A stretch of DNA of 64,000 nt from Utricularia gibba (Eukaryota > Plantae > Magnoliophyta), in contig NEEC01000013.1 of assembly GCA_002189035.1 (NCBI GenBank), forward strand, positions 2,046,001-2,110,000, written 5' to 3'. The translations under genes were made by a program, and so were the position numbers. Within the stretch, counting starts at the first letter, position 1; each line of letters begins with the position of its first letter. The notes beneath the pieces were generated by a model that did no database searches, was not told where the DNA came from, and saw only the letters and a list, made by a program, of their open reading frames with translations. Shown here one piece after another: positions 25,734 to 38,106 of the stretch.

Positions 25734-27555
25734 TGTTGCCTGCCACTCTACAATGAATGACGCTTTTATAGAGAAGAGAGAAGGGGAGAGGGCCTAGCAG
25801 TAGCAGCAGTATGTATTACAGTTTCCACCTCCAATCCCATCCTCCATATCAGCTCAGAAGCAGTCTGCTGTGGAGACTGTGGGGTGAAATGGAAGGGAGA
25901 AGCCATCAACGTCATTGGAGGAGTGGGAGAGAAGATCTGCAAGTTACTGAGGGAGTGGTGTGTTTTGGCAGCTTGTTGTCACTGGAAGGGCACGTGAATA
26001 GCATAATCAAACAACCTGGACTTGTCTCCTGGAAAGCCCACCCTAATTTCTTTTATTCCTCCCCGAAAATAACACAACACTACGAGTTATCGCAACCCTA
26101 CTCTACGACCCCTATTCACCTATGCACATAAACTATTATCCAGAATAGAACCCAACGCTTTGGATTAATGGTCCTCATTCTTTCTCTAAACACACAATTT
26201 TGTCCCCCTCCTCCATCCCATGTGGCGAGTGTGGTGCGCACCGTGACGCGTTTCGTATTTGAATTATTTGTATTTAGAATGTATGATAAAGGAGTTGAAA
26301 CCAGGCATAGCTTAACAACTCTAATAATTAGAGTCATTTAGAGAAATGATCATCGCATCTTTTTCTCTTATATACTACGATCAAATTTTTATTTTATCAC
26401 ATACTCAAAGTTGTACAGATCAACTGTGATACCAATTGAAGGATTGCAATGGAGTCATAAACATGGAAGAACAGATTTACAAAAAAAACGTAGTTTCGTG
26501 TTTTTGGAAGTGTAAACGAATGTATTAAGCATACCTACATCGTATAACAATATCCCTTATGCTATGGATATACTTCATTGTGGTTGTACTACAGCGTTAC
26601 CCCAAGTATAGTTTATATATTAAAAGTGGATCATATTTTAAAATGCTTAGCATGCTCGAGTTTTCAATTCTGTCACTTGGAAAAGTAGTATCTTAGTATA
26701 AAAAATTAATATGAAAGTTCATTTTCTTATCACACATATTATATATATTAAGACTCATATCATTTTTATAAGATTCCAAGGCACTTAAAAGTGAGTGATG
26801 TCACAACCACGCTACCTTTGTTTGATATTATCCATTTCGAACAATTAAATCTCACAGTTTACGTTTTTACCTTATGCAAGAAATGTTTCACATTTAACCA
26901 ATGTGGAATATCGTTACTAAATACATCAACTTTACAAGTGATGTTTGTGGTGGCGTGAATGAGGGAGGTTCTTTGATTTTGATTTTTTTGGAAAGAAGTG
27001 GTAAAGAAATCCTGGAGTGAAGGTGCTGCAGATTTTACAGTTGCATGGGAATGGAAACAAGCCCCGGTTTGTTAGTTATCTGGAAATGGAACAGGTGAAG
27101 GGGCACATGCCTCGCCAATCCAGCTGCTATTCCCCTTCAGACTCACCAGTACACCAACAGCAACACACAACACACACTCATGGCTCTTTCCATCCATTTA
27201 TTATATATATATATATATATATATACTTTTTTGATATTATAAAAGTTATTTGGTATGACGTTTTAATTTGTTTGATATTAAATGTAGATGAGACTAATTA
27301 AAAAATAAATAATTTTTCAAAAATATGTCTAATAGAAAATCTTATTAAAATTTTATAATTACATTTATATAGAATATAAATCCACTAATGTGGAGTAAGG
27401 GCATGCATTCGATAACGATTAAATATAACATTTTTGGGCCTTCTGTACGATCATTTTCAAAGTGGGCTGAAATTGGGCTTCCGTTAACTGGCCCAACTAC
27501 CCCAGAAGTAGAGTTGGATGTCATCAATGTGCTCGCTGTACAAATGAGTGTCATT

Positions 27556-29592
27556 TCATGCCGGAAGAGGGATCCTCGTCGTGGCCAAAACGCTGCTCGA
27601 AGGTGCGGCGTCATCAAATGCGATGCTGAGGCTCTCCGCTGCGAATCTTCTCAGAATCCTCAACAAGGAAGCGGCCTTCCTCCTCGCTCTCTCCGATCCC
27701 GTCCCTATCACTTCCCAGACCACGCTCTCGATTCCGGTCACCTCCGCCACCTCGCCCACCATCTCCGGTGCGCCTTTACGGCAAAGGTCCAACAGCGTGG
27801 CGGCTGCTCTCTCCTTTGCTTTATCAGTACCGTTTCTCATTACCTTGATCAACTTCCGCACCATATTCCGTTCGCGAAGAGCTGAAATGGCCGGCGATCC
27901 GCCCCGTTTCACCACCGCTTCGAGAATCGCCATCGCTTCCTCCGGCAGGACGTCCGTGAGATCATTGACCAGATCCACGATTCCAGCCTTGATGAACTTC
28001 GCCACCGCTTCCTTGCTCCCGGCCAAATTTGGAATCGCCGTCAAAGCATCCCTTTTGACACTCGTTGGTCCCGCTTTTGCCAAATCGATTAACGCCCTGA
28101 TGATACGTGTTTTCCCCAGCTTCTTCCGACATGCCTGTGGGCAGGACAAGCTGAATATCGTCGCTGCTGCATTCCCCTTCGCTTCCCAGGTCGAGCCTGA
28201 CCTCAGAACCTCGACAACGCCGTTAAGGACGCCGTCGGCCTCCATGATCCTCGTCTTGTTAGCTTCCAGTATTGAGAGGTTGAGGATGGTGGTAACGGCG
28301 TTGATTTGCAGGCTTGGAAGCTCCGAGCTTAGGAATTCGGCAAGCACTGGGAAGGCTCCAGCTTCGCCGATGCAGTCTCGGCTATCGGGATCCATCTTCG
28401 CCAAAACACGCAGCTCGTACACAACATGATCCCTTTCCTCCGGCGTCTGCGACGCCGCCGTCAATTTCCCGATGAGAAATAACGCGGTCATCTTGGTGGC
28501 TTCTAAAGACCCCTTGTTGGAGTGACCGTTACGTTTGAAGTTAGCCCCGTTTGAATCTAACGGAATCCCTTGAGCGCGGCACCACAAGGCGATCTGATTT
28601 TTCAACGCCAAATTGGGGATCAGATGTGTGTGGACCATGGGCTGCCCTGTTTTGGGACAAGTAGCGTGTCCGGAATCTATCCACAGAGTGATCGACCTGC
28701 GGTCGTAAGTTTGCCCCGTCGATACGGTGACGGGATCCATCATCAGATCGAGGGTGACAGGGCAGCGGAAATCCGCCGGAATGTGGAGCTCCGACGCCGA
28801 TTTCTGCCGCTGCGGGCAGATTCTCGGCGTGGACGCATCGTAGAGGACGCACTTTGAGTAGCGGACGAGCCCGATCAGAGCGATGCCTTCTTCGGCGTTG
28901 AATTCATCTCCTTGACTTCTCACCTCGGATTCTAGATTTTGAATTTCATTGCCGCAGCTTGTGGAATCTGCCAGTTTCAATCTCGTGAATATCTCAGAGA
29001 GATTACTGTGATCAGGAGCAATCTCTCTTTCGATATTCTCCAGCATTCTCCGAACCTCGCTTCTCAGATTCACATCATCTGAATCCAGACAGGTTACAGG
29101 CTTCTTACAGCATTGTTTCCGAACCAAATTCACCATTTCCCTCAAATCTTCATTCAATTCAATCTCATGCACCGGAAAAATATCCAGAAGCAGCGCCAAT
29201 TCCCCAACTAATCGATGAAAAGACTCCAAAATCAAAGGAATTCGCATCAAACGCCACATTATACTACCGGCGGCGAAGTCTTCAACAAGTGCCCTAATTC
29301 TTTGCAAAACCACGCATAATTCCTCAAAACACAAAATCGCACAAGGAGAAAACGGATTTACCGGAGGATCTCGAACAAGCTCCTCTACCACAACCGAAAT
29401 CAGCATAGCTTTTCTTATCACAGACGCCAAGGTCTTCCTCAGCAGCACACTCGCCGGTTCCATCGACGCCACCGCCTCGGAATGGTCCAAGAGAGACTTC
29501 AAAAGCCTCCGATCATAAACTTTCCGCGATTCCGGTGCCGCTAATGGAGAGCGGCAACTCCTCCCCTGCACAGCAACGTGTTTCACCGACAT
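27556..29592 (-). CDS. PUB18/PUB19: U-box/ARM-repeat E3 ligase, PUB18/PUB19-like (intronless)
   Basis: 678-aa ORF: UND-like N-terminus (AILCFEELCVVLQRIRALVEDF), U-box IPADFRCPVTLDLMMDPVTVSTGQTYDR...CPKTG, ARM repeats (INAVTTILNLSI, AKGNAAATIFSLS). Confidence 0.92.
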   Translation of the reverse strand: MSVKHVAVQGRSCRSPLAAPESRKVYDRRLLKSLLDHSEAVASMEPASVLLRKTLASVIRKAMLISVVVEELVRDPPVNPFSPCAILCFEELCVVLQRIRALVEDFAAGSIMWRLMRIPLILESFHRLVGELALLLDIFPVHEIELNEDLREMVNLVRKQCCKKPVTCLDSDDVNLRSEVRRMLENIEREIAPDHSNLSEIFTRLKLADSTSCGNEIQNLESEVRSQGDEFNAEEGIALIGLVRYSKCVLYDASTPRICPQRQKSASELHIPADFRCPVTLDLMMDPVTVSTGQTYDRRSITLWIDSGHATCPKTGQPMVHTHLIPNLALKNQIALWCRAQGIPLDSNGANFKRNGHSNKGSLEATKMTALFLIGKLTAASQTPEERDHVVYELRVLAKMDPDSRDCIGEAGAFPVLAEFLSSELPSLQINAVTTILNLSILEANKTRIMEADGVLNGVVEVLRSGSTWEAKGNAAATIFSLSCPQACRKKLGKTRIIRALIDLAKAGPTSVKRDALTAIPNLAGSKEAVAKFIKAGIVDLVNDLTDVLPEEAMAILEAVVKRGGSPAISALRERNMVRKLIKVMRNGTDKAKERAAATLLDLCRKGAPEMVGEVAEVTGIESVVWEVIGTGSERARRKAASLLRILRRFAAESLSIAFDDAAPSSSVLATTRIPLPA

Positions 29593-29995
29593 CCGACTGA
29601 AGAATCTCCGACGCCAAGAGATGAATGTTTGTTCGTGAGGAAGCCGTATCGAACTTGAAGAGGCTATGAAGGCGCCGTGGATTGTGAATTGAAACTCGTT
29701 TTTTAAATTTCGACAATTAATAATATTATTTTAATTCCATCATGAGTCGATCACTTTGGACCACCCTAAAAAAAGTAAAAAACTAGGTTTATTTCCATAA
29801 ATTCAAGAGGTACATTTCTGTAAAAGAATCCATCTAAATATGGAATAAAAGTATACAACATTTTTTTTATCAGTAATAAAAGTATATAATATTAAATATT
29901 ATAAAATGTGGAAAATCAGAATCCATCCATGCTGGTCTTGTGTCCATGCGCCAGCAGTTTACACGGACAAAGAAGACGGCGCCGTCGGAATTCAT

Positions 29996-30201
29996 CACGT
30001 GCGTCAAAGTCGAGATGTCACGTGACTTTATACGTGTCAAGATGCCTAAGCAAGTGTTGAAATGGGGGCGGGCATATGGAGAGCTGTTCATGAGTCATGA
30101 CATCATTTGGAGAAGAGTGTCGTGATAAAAATAATCATCTATTTAATATTAATCATGTCACCGGAGGACACAACGTGGAGGATTGGAGCACCGCCACGTG
30201 G
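29996..30201. promoter_or_regulatory. ACGT (G-box/ABRE) cluster upstream of PUB18/19-like
   Basis: CACGTG 29996, CACGTG 30019, TACGTGTC 30031, AACGTGG about 30172, CCACGTGG 30194. Confidence 0.55.
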
Positions 30202-30414
30202 GAAATTCAAACTGGACCCTCGCCGGGAAAGATGGAATAGCGTACGCGCCACCGCATCGCCGTCGGGGTGGCAAACGGATTTTAGGAATATGAATTAGCA
30301 TTTTAATTAAATAAAACTCATTAGAACACACTCAAAATCATCCATACTAAAATATAGTAGACTTACAACTTAATGATTTTCGGGTATGGGGAATCTTCTT
30401 CCGGCGCCGGGATC

Positions 30415-33400
30415 TTAGCAATCGATGGCGATACAGCTCTGAGAAACGGTGGGAGAATTTGGCCCGATAAAGGGATCGATTCTCACCCAAACCAGAGAGA
30501 AAACCGAAGCAAGAAGAATTGACCAGAGCACGACAATGGTGGGTGTCCGATTTTGTCTACCCATGAGGCCTTTGAGGAAGGGGTATAGGTGCACGATCAC
30601 CCAGAAGGCGAAGAAAACCTTACCAAATAGGGGTCCCCAGGCCTCGTATCCGCCGTTGAGGGCGTCTGAGAATCCGGCGACGACGCCCACCATGTTTACA
30701 ATAAGAAGGGTGGTCGGAGGGATGAGCACGGTGGTCCATTTGATGATGTACAGTTCGCCGAATTCGGCGTCGTCGGCGGCTTTAGAGGTGACCGTGAAGT
30801 TGGTGTCGAATCCGGCTAGCATTTTGAGGAACCCTTGGAAGACAGCGAAGAGGTGAGCGGAGACGCCGCCGATGACCCAGAACTGCTCGTTGCGCCACAA
30901 CGCCTCGATGCTCACTCCGCTCCACCGGAGTTCCAGCGCGCTCGTCGCGATGATGGAGATGAACAGCCCTAGAAACAGAACGCTCGCCAGATTCGAGAGC
31001 TGAGAAGTGAAAGAAATTTCCAAACGTTACACTGATTTTCGTCAGAATTTGGAGTCACATGCGGATTATATTACCGTTGGAATGATGAACTTTCCCGTCA
31101 GGAGGCAAATCGCCGGAAGGGTACAGTAGGCGACGAGGGGAATAGAAGTGAACGGATAGACGATAGTGTTGATGTACGCCATCCTCTGCAACCACTTCAG
31201 CCGGCCACCGCCGAATCCGTACCAAAGAGGGCAGTGGCGACTAAGGAAGATCTCGATGGATCCCAAGGCCCATCGGAGAACTTGGTGCAGCCTATCCGAA
31301 AGATTGATCGGCGCGGACCCTTTGAACGCGGCCCTCAACGGCATACAGTAGATCGATCTCCATCCCCGGCAATGCATCTTGAACCCAGTCAAGATGTCCT
31401 CCGTCACCGATCCATATATCCAACCAATCTGCAAATTGTAGTCAGCGAATGCAGATCAAGAAGATCAGGTTTCATTACAGCGTGTGATTGTAAGACCATC
31501 TCCTGTTTTCTCTATTACCTCTTTTCCCCATGCTGTTTTTTCCTCGTACCCACAACTGATAACATGGATTGCTTCTCTTATCAGCGTTGAAGGATTTGCG
31601 GACTCGGCGATTCCTCCATTCTCCATCAATGTAGACTCAATGAATACAGGGGATAAACCAAAAGTTTTCTCGAAGCTTACTTGAGAGAGGAGCAAGGATC
31701 TTTCTTGCTCGTCATAGCCTGCACCAGGCAGCGCTCAAGTACAGATTTTGATCCTAAGTGAGTTATTCCGGAATGGGATCAAAAAGGGAACTTACATTCG
31801 ATTTCTCTGAGGTTGAATATGGCAGAATTGAGGTCTTCTCTTTTGGCTTCACGGTGAAACTGTGAAACATCTGTTTTCTTTGTATGCTTTTTCCAGGGAC
31901 AGAAGCCACAGCACCACGAACTCGATGAGGATGGCTTCCGTGGAGGAAGAGAAGGTGGCCCATATCCATACAGAGCTTGTCTGTAGAAGACACAGCCTGT
32001 TCCTACATAAACAGGTCCTTGAATCCCATCTAATCCTTTCATGTTAACCTGTGATCACCTTTGGAGTCAGCTCAAATTGTAGTGAACTCAGATAATTGCA
32101 GAATCTTACATCGAAGAAGACAGTGTTCCGGTTGGCATAGCGATCACTCTTATCTATGCCATCGAATCTCTGAGGGAACTGCACGTAGCACACATCTCTG
32201 CCTACTTGCGGATCCATCAGGAAACACATTGCCTCACGTATGGCCTTGCTGTTGTTAACATAGTGATCGCAGTCGAGATTGAGTATATATGGTGCATTTG
32301 TAAGGACGCCAGACACTCTTATCTGAAATGCAGCAGTCATCATCCATGGATAAACAATCTCTAGAGATGTATCAAAAGAAACAGGGAGGCTGAACATGAA
32401 GATTCATTGCTGACAGAACTAGCATACCAGAGCATTTTCTGCACCAGCCTTCTTGTGGTGCTGATAACCAGGTCTCTTCTCTCGGGAGACGTAGACAAGC
32501 CTCGGAAGTTCATTCCCCTCCACATCATGGGCACCACTGTTTCCTAGAAAAACCTGCAAATGAAAGAGAAGGCCATTGTCTTGAGACAATGTTGAATCAT
32601 AACGAAGAAAAGTTGGAAGATACCCTGTAACCTGAATCATGCCAGGATGATCCCTTGTATTGTTTCCAGGCCAAGGTGAGCCATCTGCCATAGTCCAACC
32701 ATCTTCTGGTGTTTTCTGTGCTTTTGCAACGAGTATGTTGATACGCACCTTATATTCTTCGTAGTCCCTCTGTGACTCAAAGCAGGAGGGAGTATCAGAT
32801 CAGCATACTACTGTACAAGAATGCAAGTTTATTATAATCATACTTTCATTGCTCTGCGTTCCTTGACAAATGAAGGCTGAATCTTGTCTCTCAGGTAATC
32901 GATCTTCTGTGAGAAGTAGAACTCCGGAGCACGAGGCTCGATAGAGAACTTTTTGCAGAAAGGCACCCATTTCTTGGCAAATTCTGCAGTTTCAACGAGA
33001 GACTCGAATGTAAGCATGGCTGCACCATCATCAGATACGTAGCAGGAAACTTTGTCAACAGGGTAGTCCACAGCAAGGATTGAAAGAACTGTGTTTGCTG
33101 TTATCAGAGGAGGCTCTTTCATCGGATCAACTGTGCTGACGAAAAAGTCCACGGCTGCAAGATCGGATGGCTCAAACCTGAAGAATTAAGGAAGTGTTCA
33201 CAAAGTTAGATAACTACTTCAGTGCACAAGATCATGGAAAAGCACCTACCTTGCAGATAGTTTGTCGATGAATGTTTCCCTGTGTACAGGTGACCACTTT
33301 GGGAACTGATCAAGAACCCAAGAAAATGCAAACCAGATCTCACAAATGACAGAAGTCAGCCAAAGGCCGATGGCACCGTCAACTGGGTGAGTCACACGAT

Positions 33401-34237
33401 AATACAAGAAAAGAGCCAGAATGATCAGCCGAAGAATGATCACTAGTCTGTAAGATGTCAGCTGAGTTTTTGCTATCGGAAAAACTCTTGAAAGTGGGCC
33501 TGCATCCACACTCGATCTGCACCGGTATCAGTTAGGTTTGTCTATGCTCAAATATTAATCTTATTCACCTCTAAACTCATGTTCTCACTCTGGTTCGTTG
33601 GTGCTTTCTTTTGTGGCCTTCTTCTTCTTGTTCTTCTTTTCCTTCCAACTTTCGACCCTGTTCTTCCATATTGGATTTCCAGATTCATTGATATAATCTT
33701 GTCAACACAGAAAGAGTGCGTCATGAGGGATTTGTTCTATCAGCAATCAAAATAAATAGCTAGCTAGCTCCTCTGGGATCAGTTTACTTACCACTTTCTA
33801 TTGTAGAAACTGTACTCAAATTTCGAGCATGAGCTCCGAAATCCTGTGAATGATGGAATGCCATTTATCTATGAATCATGTCACTCATGCAGCTGCTGAT
33901 GTGAATGCATTCTTTTCATACCTCAGAGGCATTGGATTGCACTGAGACTGGGACGTGATCTCTTGTTTCTCCAGCTCCATCTCCACCCTCAGCTGCCACC
34001 GTGGGTGTATGTTCAGTAAACTCCAAGACATGAAGAACAAGAAAACCGAACCTTACCACCCGAAAGATATGAAGCGCCACAATGTAAGCAAGCCTTGTTT
34101 TCTTTGATCTCGTGCTCCACGCAACGCAGACAAACAGGGTAGTTGCACTCTCTGCAAGCCACAGACAGTTGATCATTCGAATCAAATCCGATACTTTCAC
34201 CGCAGTTTTTGCATATGGATGCCTCTGATTCCACCAT
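30415..34237 (-). CDS. CESA8: Cellulose synthase catalytic subunit, secondary-wall CesA8 (IRX1) clade
   Basis: Short N-terminal zinc finger ([14 protein letters not shown]...CLHCGASY); D,D,D,QxxRW motifs (SDDG, DCD, TED, QVLRW); CesA8-type C-terminus SQSCIAIDC*. Confidence 0.96.
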
Positions 34238-34443
34238 CTTTGTCCTTCTTCACCCCTGCAATCTGTGAGCATGAAATGCTTGCAGAAAATGCGGTTAGGA
34301 GGGGTTCTTATCATCGAAACGTGAGGGAGAAGATTGCTGTAATTGCAAGGGAAGTTGTAGTTGAGCTTGGTGCATCTTACCGAATTCAACTGAGAGTTTA
34401 TTTATTATGTTATATTCTTGATGTAAGCAAATCTCTGACAACC

Positions 34444-34515
34444 GGATCCGTGGCGCAATGGTAGCGCGTCTGACTCCAGATCAGAAGGTTGCGTGTTCGA
34501 TTCACGTCGGGTTCA
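34444..34515 (+). tRNA. trnW-CCA: tRNA-Trp (CCA)
   Basis: GGATCCG/CGGGTTC acceptor stem; A box TGGCGCAATGG; anticodon arm TCTGA-CTCCAGA-TCAGA; T arm GCGTG-TTCGATT-CACGT; oligo-T terminator about 13 nt downstream. Confidence 0.98.
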
Positions 34516-34692
34516 AACCTCCCGAACTTTTTTCTTTCCATTTTTTTACAGTACAAAAAAAAAAATTAGTTGCTTAATCTTTCTAAACCTTTTTCTCTTT
34601 TTCACAACTAAGTCATATTTTTAATTTTCATAACATCTCACAAAAGAATAATATCCACCAATGTCACAAACCATACGTGATTCCATGTCCAC

Positions 34693-35722
34693 CTACATAA
34701 CTTGCAGCAGCATCATCACAAGTGAAGCCAGCAGCAACACATGCGGTGAGACCTGTAAAATGCTACTAGCACCTGATGCAGGAGGGCAGGAGAGCCCCCA
34801 CTGCCCTTCTCGGCACAGTCTTGAAAACAGACCCGGAGGATACCGCCCGTTGAGGGTAATGTAGCTGAACATGGTGGAAGCACAGTTGTTTGATAAGTCG
34901 TTCAGATACTCGGCATGTGGACAGGCAAACTGCACCAGAGCCGCACAGCACAGGCTGGGGCTGTAGTCTGGCCCTCTGCATTGGCTGGTGATTATGGTGT
35001 AGTTCTGGGACTCGAAGTTCACAGGGCATGCTGCAAACATGAGGAAATACATGGGGAGGGGTTAGTTCAGGGACTGTGTCCTCTTTCTGATAAGCATCAG
35101 CAGGAATGAATCAGAACATTTGGGAAGACTCAAGATGGCATTTTCTCAACGATAGGCATGCTATTGAAACAAGATAATAATCAACTGGTGCACGTCTGAA
35201 GTACAGGAGTTCTTTCTCCATGATCCGTAAGGCATCAGCTTTTGTTATGCAGAATTTCAAGAATGGTTTGCTGTGCAAGCAAAAGGCTCTCCTCTTTTTG
35301 AACAAAAAAGGGGCCTTAGGATGGTAGAAAATCAATCAAGGCAAGCTATCTTAGTCATTACACCACCATATTATGGCAAATAAGCAATCCCTAACCTATT
35401 CATAGTCCACCATCTTGATATATTCTAAACCCTTGCCTAGATCTCAGCAAATAGAGAACTAAAAATGCAAAAATCTCAGACATACGCGTTACAGCTTGAA
35501 GAAGCTTCCTCTGGCCAAAATTCGAAGACCCAAATGCATCATCTGCAGGATTCAGCAAAGGATCAACCAACTTATCTACCAAAGAACAAAAGAGATCAAC
35601 TATGAAGATTAACTTGGAAACGACACCCACGAACCAGAAATGATAGTGGAAGCGGAAAGAGATGAAAAAATTGAAAACCAGATAACGGTAAACCAAATGC
35701 ACTTCAATTGATCTGAACCCAT
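34693..35722 (-). CDS. LLG: LORELEI-like GPI-anchored protein
   Basis: Exon 1 MGSDQLKCIWFTVIWFSIFSSLSASTIIS (signal peptide), exon 2 DDAFGSSNFGQRKLLQA, exon 3 CPVNFESQNYTIITSQCRGP...CASTMFSYITLNGRYPPGLF...CREG with hydrophobic GPI tail. Confidence 0.93.
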
Positions 35723-36046
35723 CTCCGATCTTCCTCGGAATGGTTATGAATATGTTGCTGTCTACGAAGAGGTCCTGTATTTAACTGTTTTGCAGACCCA
35801 TGAGCATTAGCTTACATCATCAAATGAAAAATCGCTTCTTTCTGCCGTCCGGGGCTGCTCCGCGTTTCACATTTTTGAAAGGTCAAAACTTTATGCCAGA
35901 TTTTTGAGGTTTATGATTTTGTCAAAGAGTTACAGATCAGAGTTTGCTGTTGAATACATAGAAATATATTGCTGCAAAGAGATAAATAAAGAGTGTAGAA
36001 GATTCAACGACTATGGTCTCATGGACCAAAAGTGAATGCAGTCTCA

Positions 36047-37350
36047 TCATGTTTTCTCTGTGGGTCTAAGGTTTCCCAACTGTTCTGAGAGCGTATTTAC
36101 ATCCGCCGTATTCGACCAATATACATCACTACCATCACTAGATTTCCTTGTGTTTTTCTTGCTGTCTTTGTCTTTGATCCCCGGGTGAAAAACGGATGCA
36201 CCATTTGAGCCTGGATTTTCAGTAAGGAACTGTTCCCAGAACACATCATTGACACCTGCTTTCGAATATGCAGTTTCATCACCTTCTGCAGGAGCTTTCA
36301 CCTCACCAACAGACGAAGTCTTAGGCTCGGCATTCATGTCGATGGCTGGGATATGATCAGGGATATCGGTGTTTAACTGAGTGTAGGATATACCAGGGCT
36401 GGATGCACAATTCGCAGACTCGAGCAACTCCACGGATGATGAATCATTCTGCAGTAGTAAACCTTCGCTCGCATCAACATCAATCACAACACTTTCCCAA
36501 AACCTCAGAGAAGACTCCAGTTGCTCTAACAATTCCTTGTTGAAGATTGCTAGTGGACTGATATTCATTTCAGCTATCAATGTTTGAGGAGTTCTCTCAG
36601 CGTCTTTAGTGCTGGCTTCTTCAGATAGAAAATCATGGCCAGGAAATCTCCTCTTTCGATGATTAACTTCTGGTACGGAGATGAAGTCAAGAGCTGGTCT
36701 TTGTAAAGTCTGCGCCAAGGAGGATAGCATGCTGGCATGCCGGTTTTCAACATTTTGCACACGCCCCATCAGAGTTCCCATTAGCTTGTTAAGTTCATCA
36801 TGCTCTGCCTTCTTCATCTGGAGTTCCATAACAAGTGTGTCTCTGTCACGACTCAGCCTTTCAACTTCATCCTTATATCCATTTCGCTCATATTCAGTGA
36901 GCGGAGACAAAGAGGCCAGATTCGGAAGAGAGTGACTATGAACAGGCTTGCGTCTGTGAATATTCTTCAAAAGCTGTGGCTGCCCTCTGATAAAGTCCTC
37001 ATTGGCAAATTCCCATTTTTCAGGATCAACTTTTCTGAAACCCTGAACAAAACATGAACAAAAACTGCATCAATAAGCTAGCTCAAGCAAGCTATATCAT
37101 GATAACCGAAGACAAGGGAATGGAACTCACTCACATAGGTATTCAGCTGCCTAATGAAACTCGAGAAATTGCAGTGCTTAAAGTATCTCGGCAAAACATG
37201 CCTTGAAAACTCAGGAGGATTCCATACAATGAAACTTTTATTGTTCTGACTCCATGAAACCACAGAGTTCATGGATTTATCTTCTAACATCTCATATGTC
37301 TTCGTGACAAACGGTGCCAATGAATTCGAACTACACGGAGCTTCATCCAT
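36047..37350 (-). CDS. HSFA4: Heat-shock transcription factor class A4
   Basis: DNA-binding domain (PFVTKTYEM...[11 protein letters not shown]|GFRKVDP) with the conserved intron at 37134-37043; HR-A/B; NLS RKRR; AHA motif [13 protein letters not shown]. Confidence 0.93.
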
Positions 37351-38106
37351 TGTAAATCAACTGACTGTGAGATATCGGAAACCTACATTACAAATGACCA
37401 CACAGGGTCTTAGCCATCACCCTTCGTCCTCATGCAACGAACCTGCAAACCATTTGAAAGATAAAATGAAAACGTGCAGCGGCAAGTTAATTATATCTAC
37501 AGACCGTAGAATCTTAAACCTTGCCTTGATTGCTCATTTGCGGATCTTATTTGTCAAAGCCGCAGCAACCGAATGAATCATGAATAATCTAAAACTAATA
37601 CAATCCCAATAAGATTACCTGTGGAAAGAAAATCTTGGAGGCGACGACGACCAACAAAAATCTCTCTTCGCAACTGCGTATATGCGCCCGGTGTCGGATT
37701 CGGCAATAGGCCTGCTAGCAATCACCCCTAACCCTACCGGTAGATCTCAGCAGATCGGCGGGACGATGAAATCAGATTGAGGATGGTCAAATGTCAACTA
37801 CCACGACTTCTTCCTCCGGCATCGTTGCAATTTTCAAGACAAAAAGCAACAAGAACGGAAATTTCATATACAAAAGACAAAATTTTAGCTACCCAGAGGC
37901 GAGTCAAGCATAAATTTTACCGCGGAGGGAAATAGATATATAACCACTATTGCAGCGGCGGGCAACAACAAATTACTTTTACCCATAGAAAGTCGCAGTA
38001 AGAGTCTGTTCACCCTCCAGGCGGCGCCGAAATCAAAAGCAGATCGGCCGGAGATGTCGTCGCCGCAGACGTCACCACAGCCGTGGTGAATGAAGCTCCT
38101 GCGGTC

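Noticed and set aside
27017-27180. TGAAGGGG/CCCCTTCA inverted repeat resembling a miRNA precursor
   Set aside because: Only about 8 bp of pairing, and no match to conserved miRNA families I can recognise.
27548-28429. 293-aa plus-strand ORF antisense to PUB18/19
   Set aside because: Typical antisense ORF of a GC-rich intronless CDS; no homology recognisable.
33517-33590. Apparent in-frame TGA in the CesA8 N-terminal region
   Set aside because: It lies within a 72-nt phase-2 intron (GA|GTGAGA...GCAG|A) that restores the frame to [10 protein letters not shown].
37150-37190. KHCNFSS instead of KHNNFSS in the HsfA4 DNA-binding domain
   Set aside because: Single substitution at a position that varies among plant HSFs; no evidence of functional effect.
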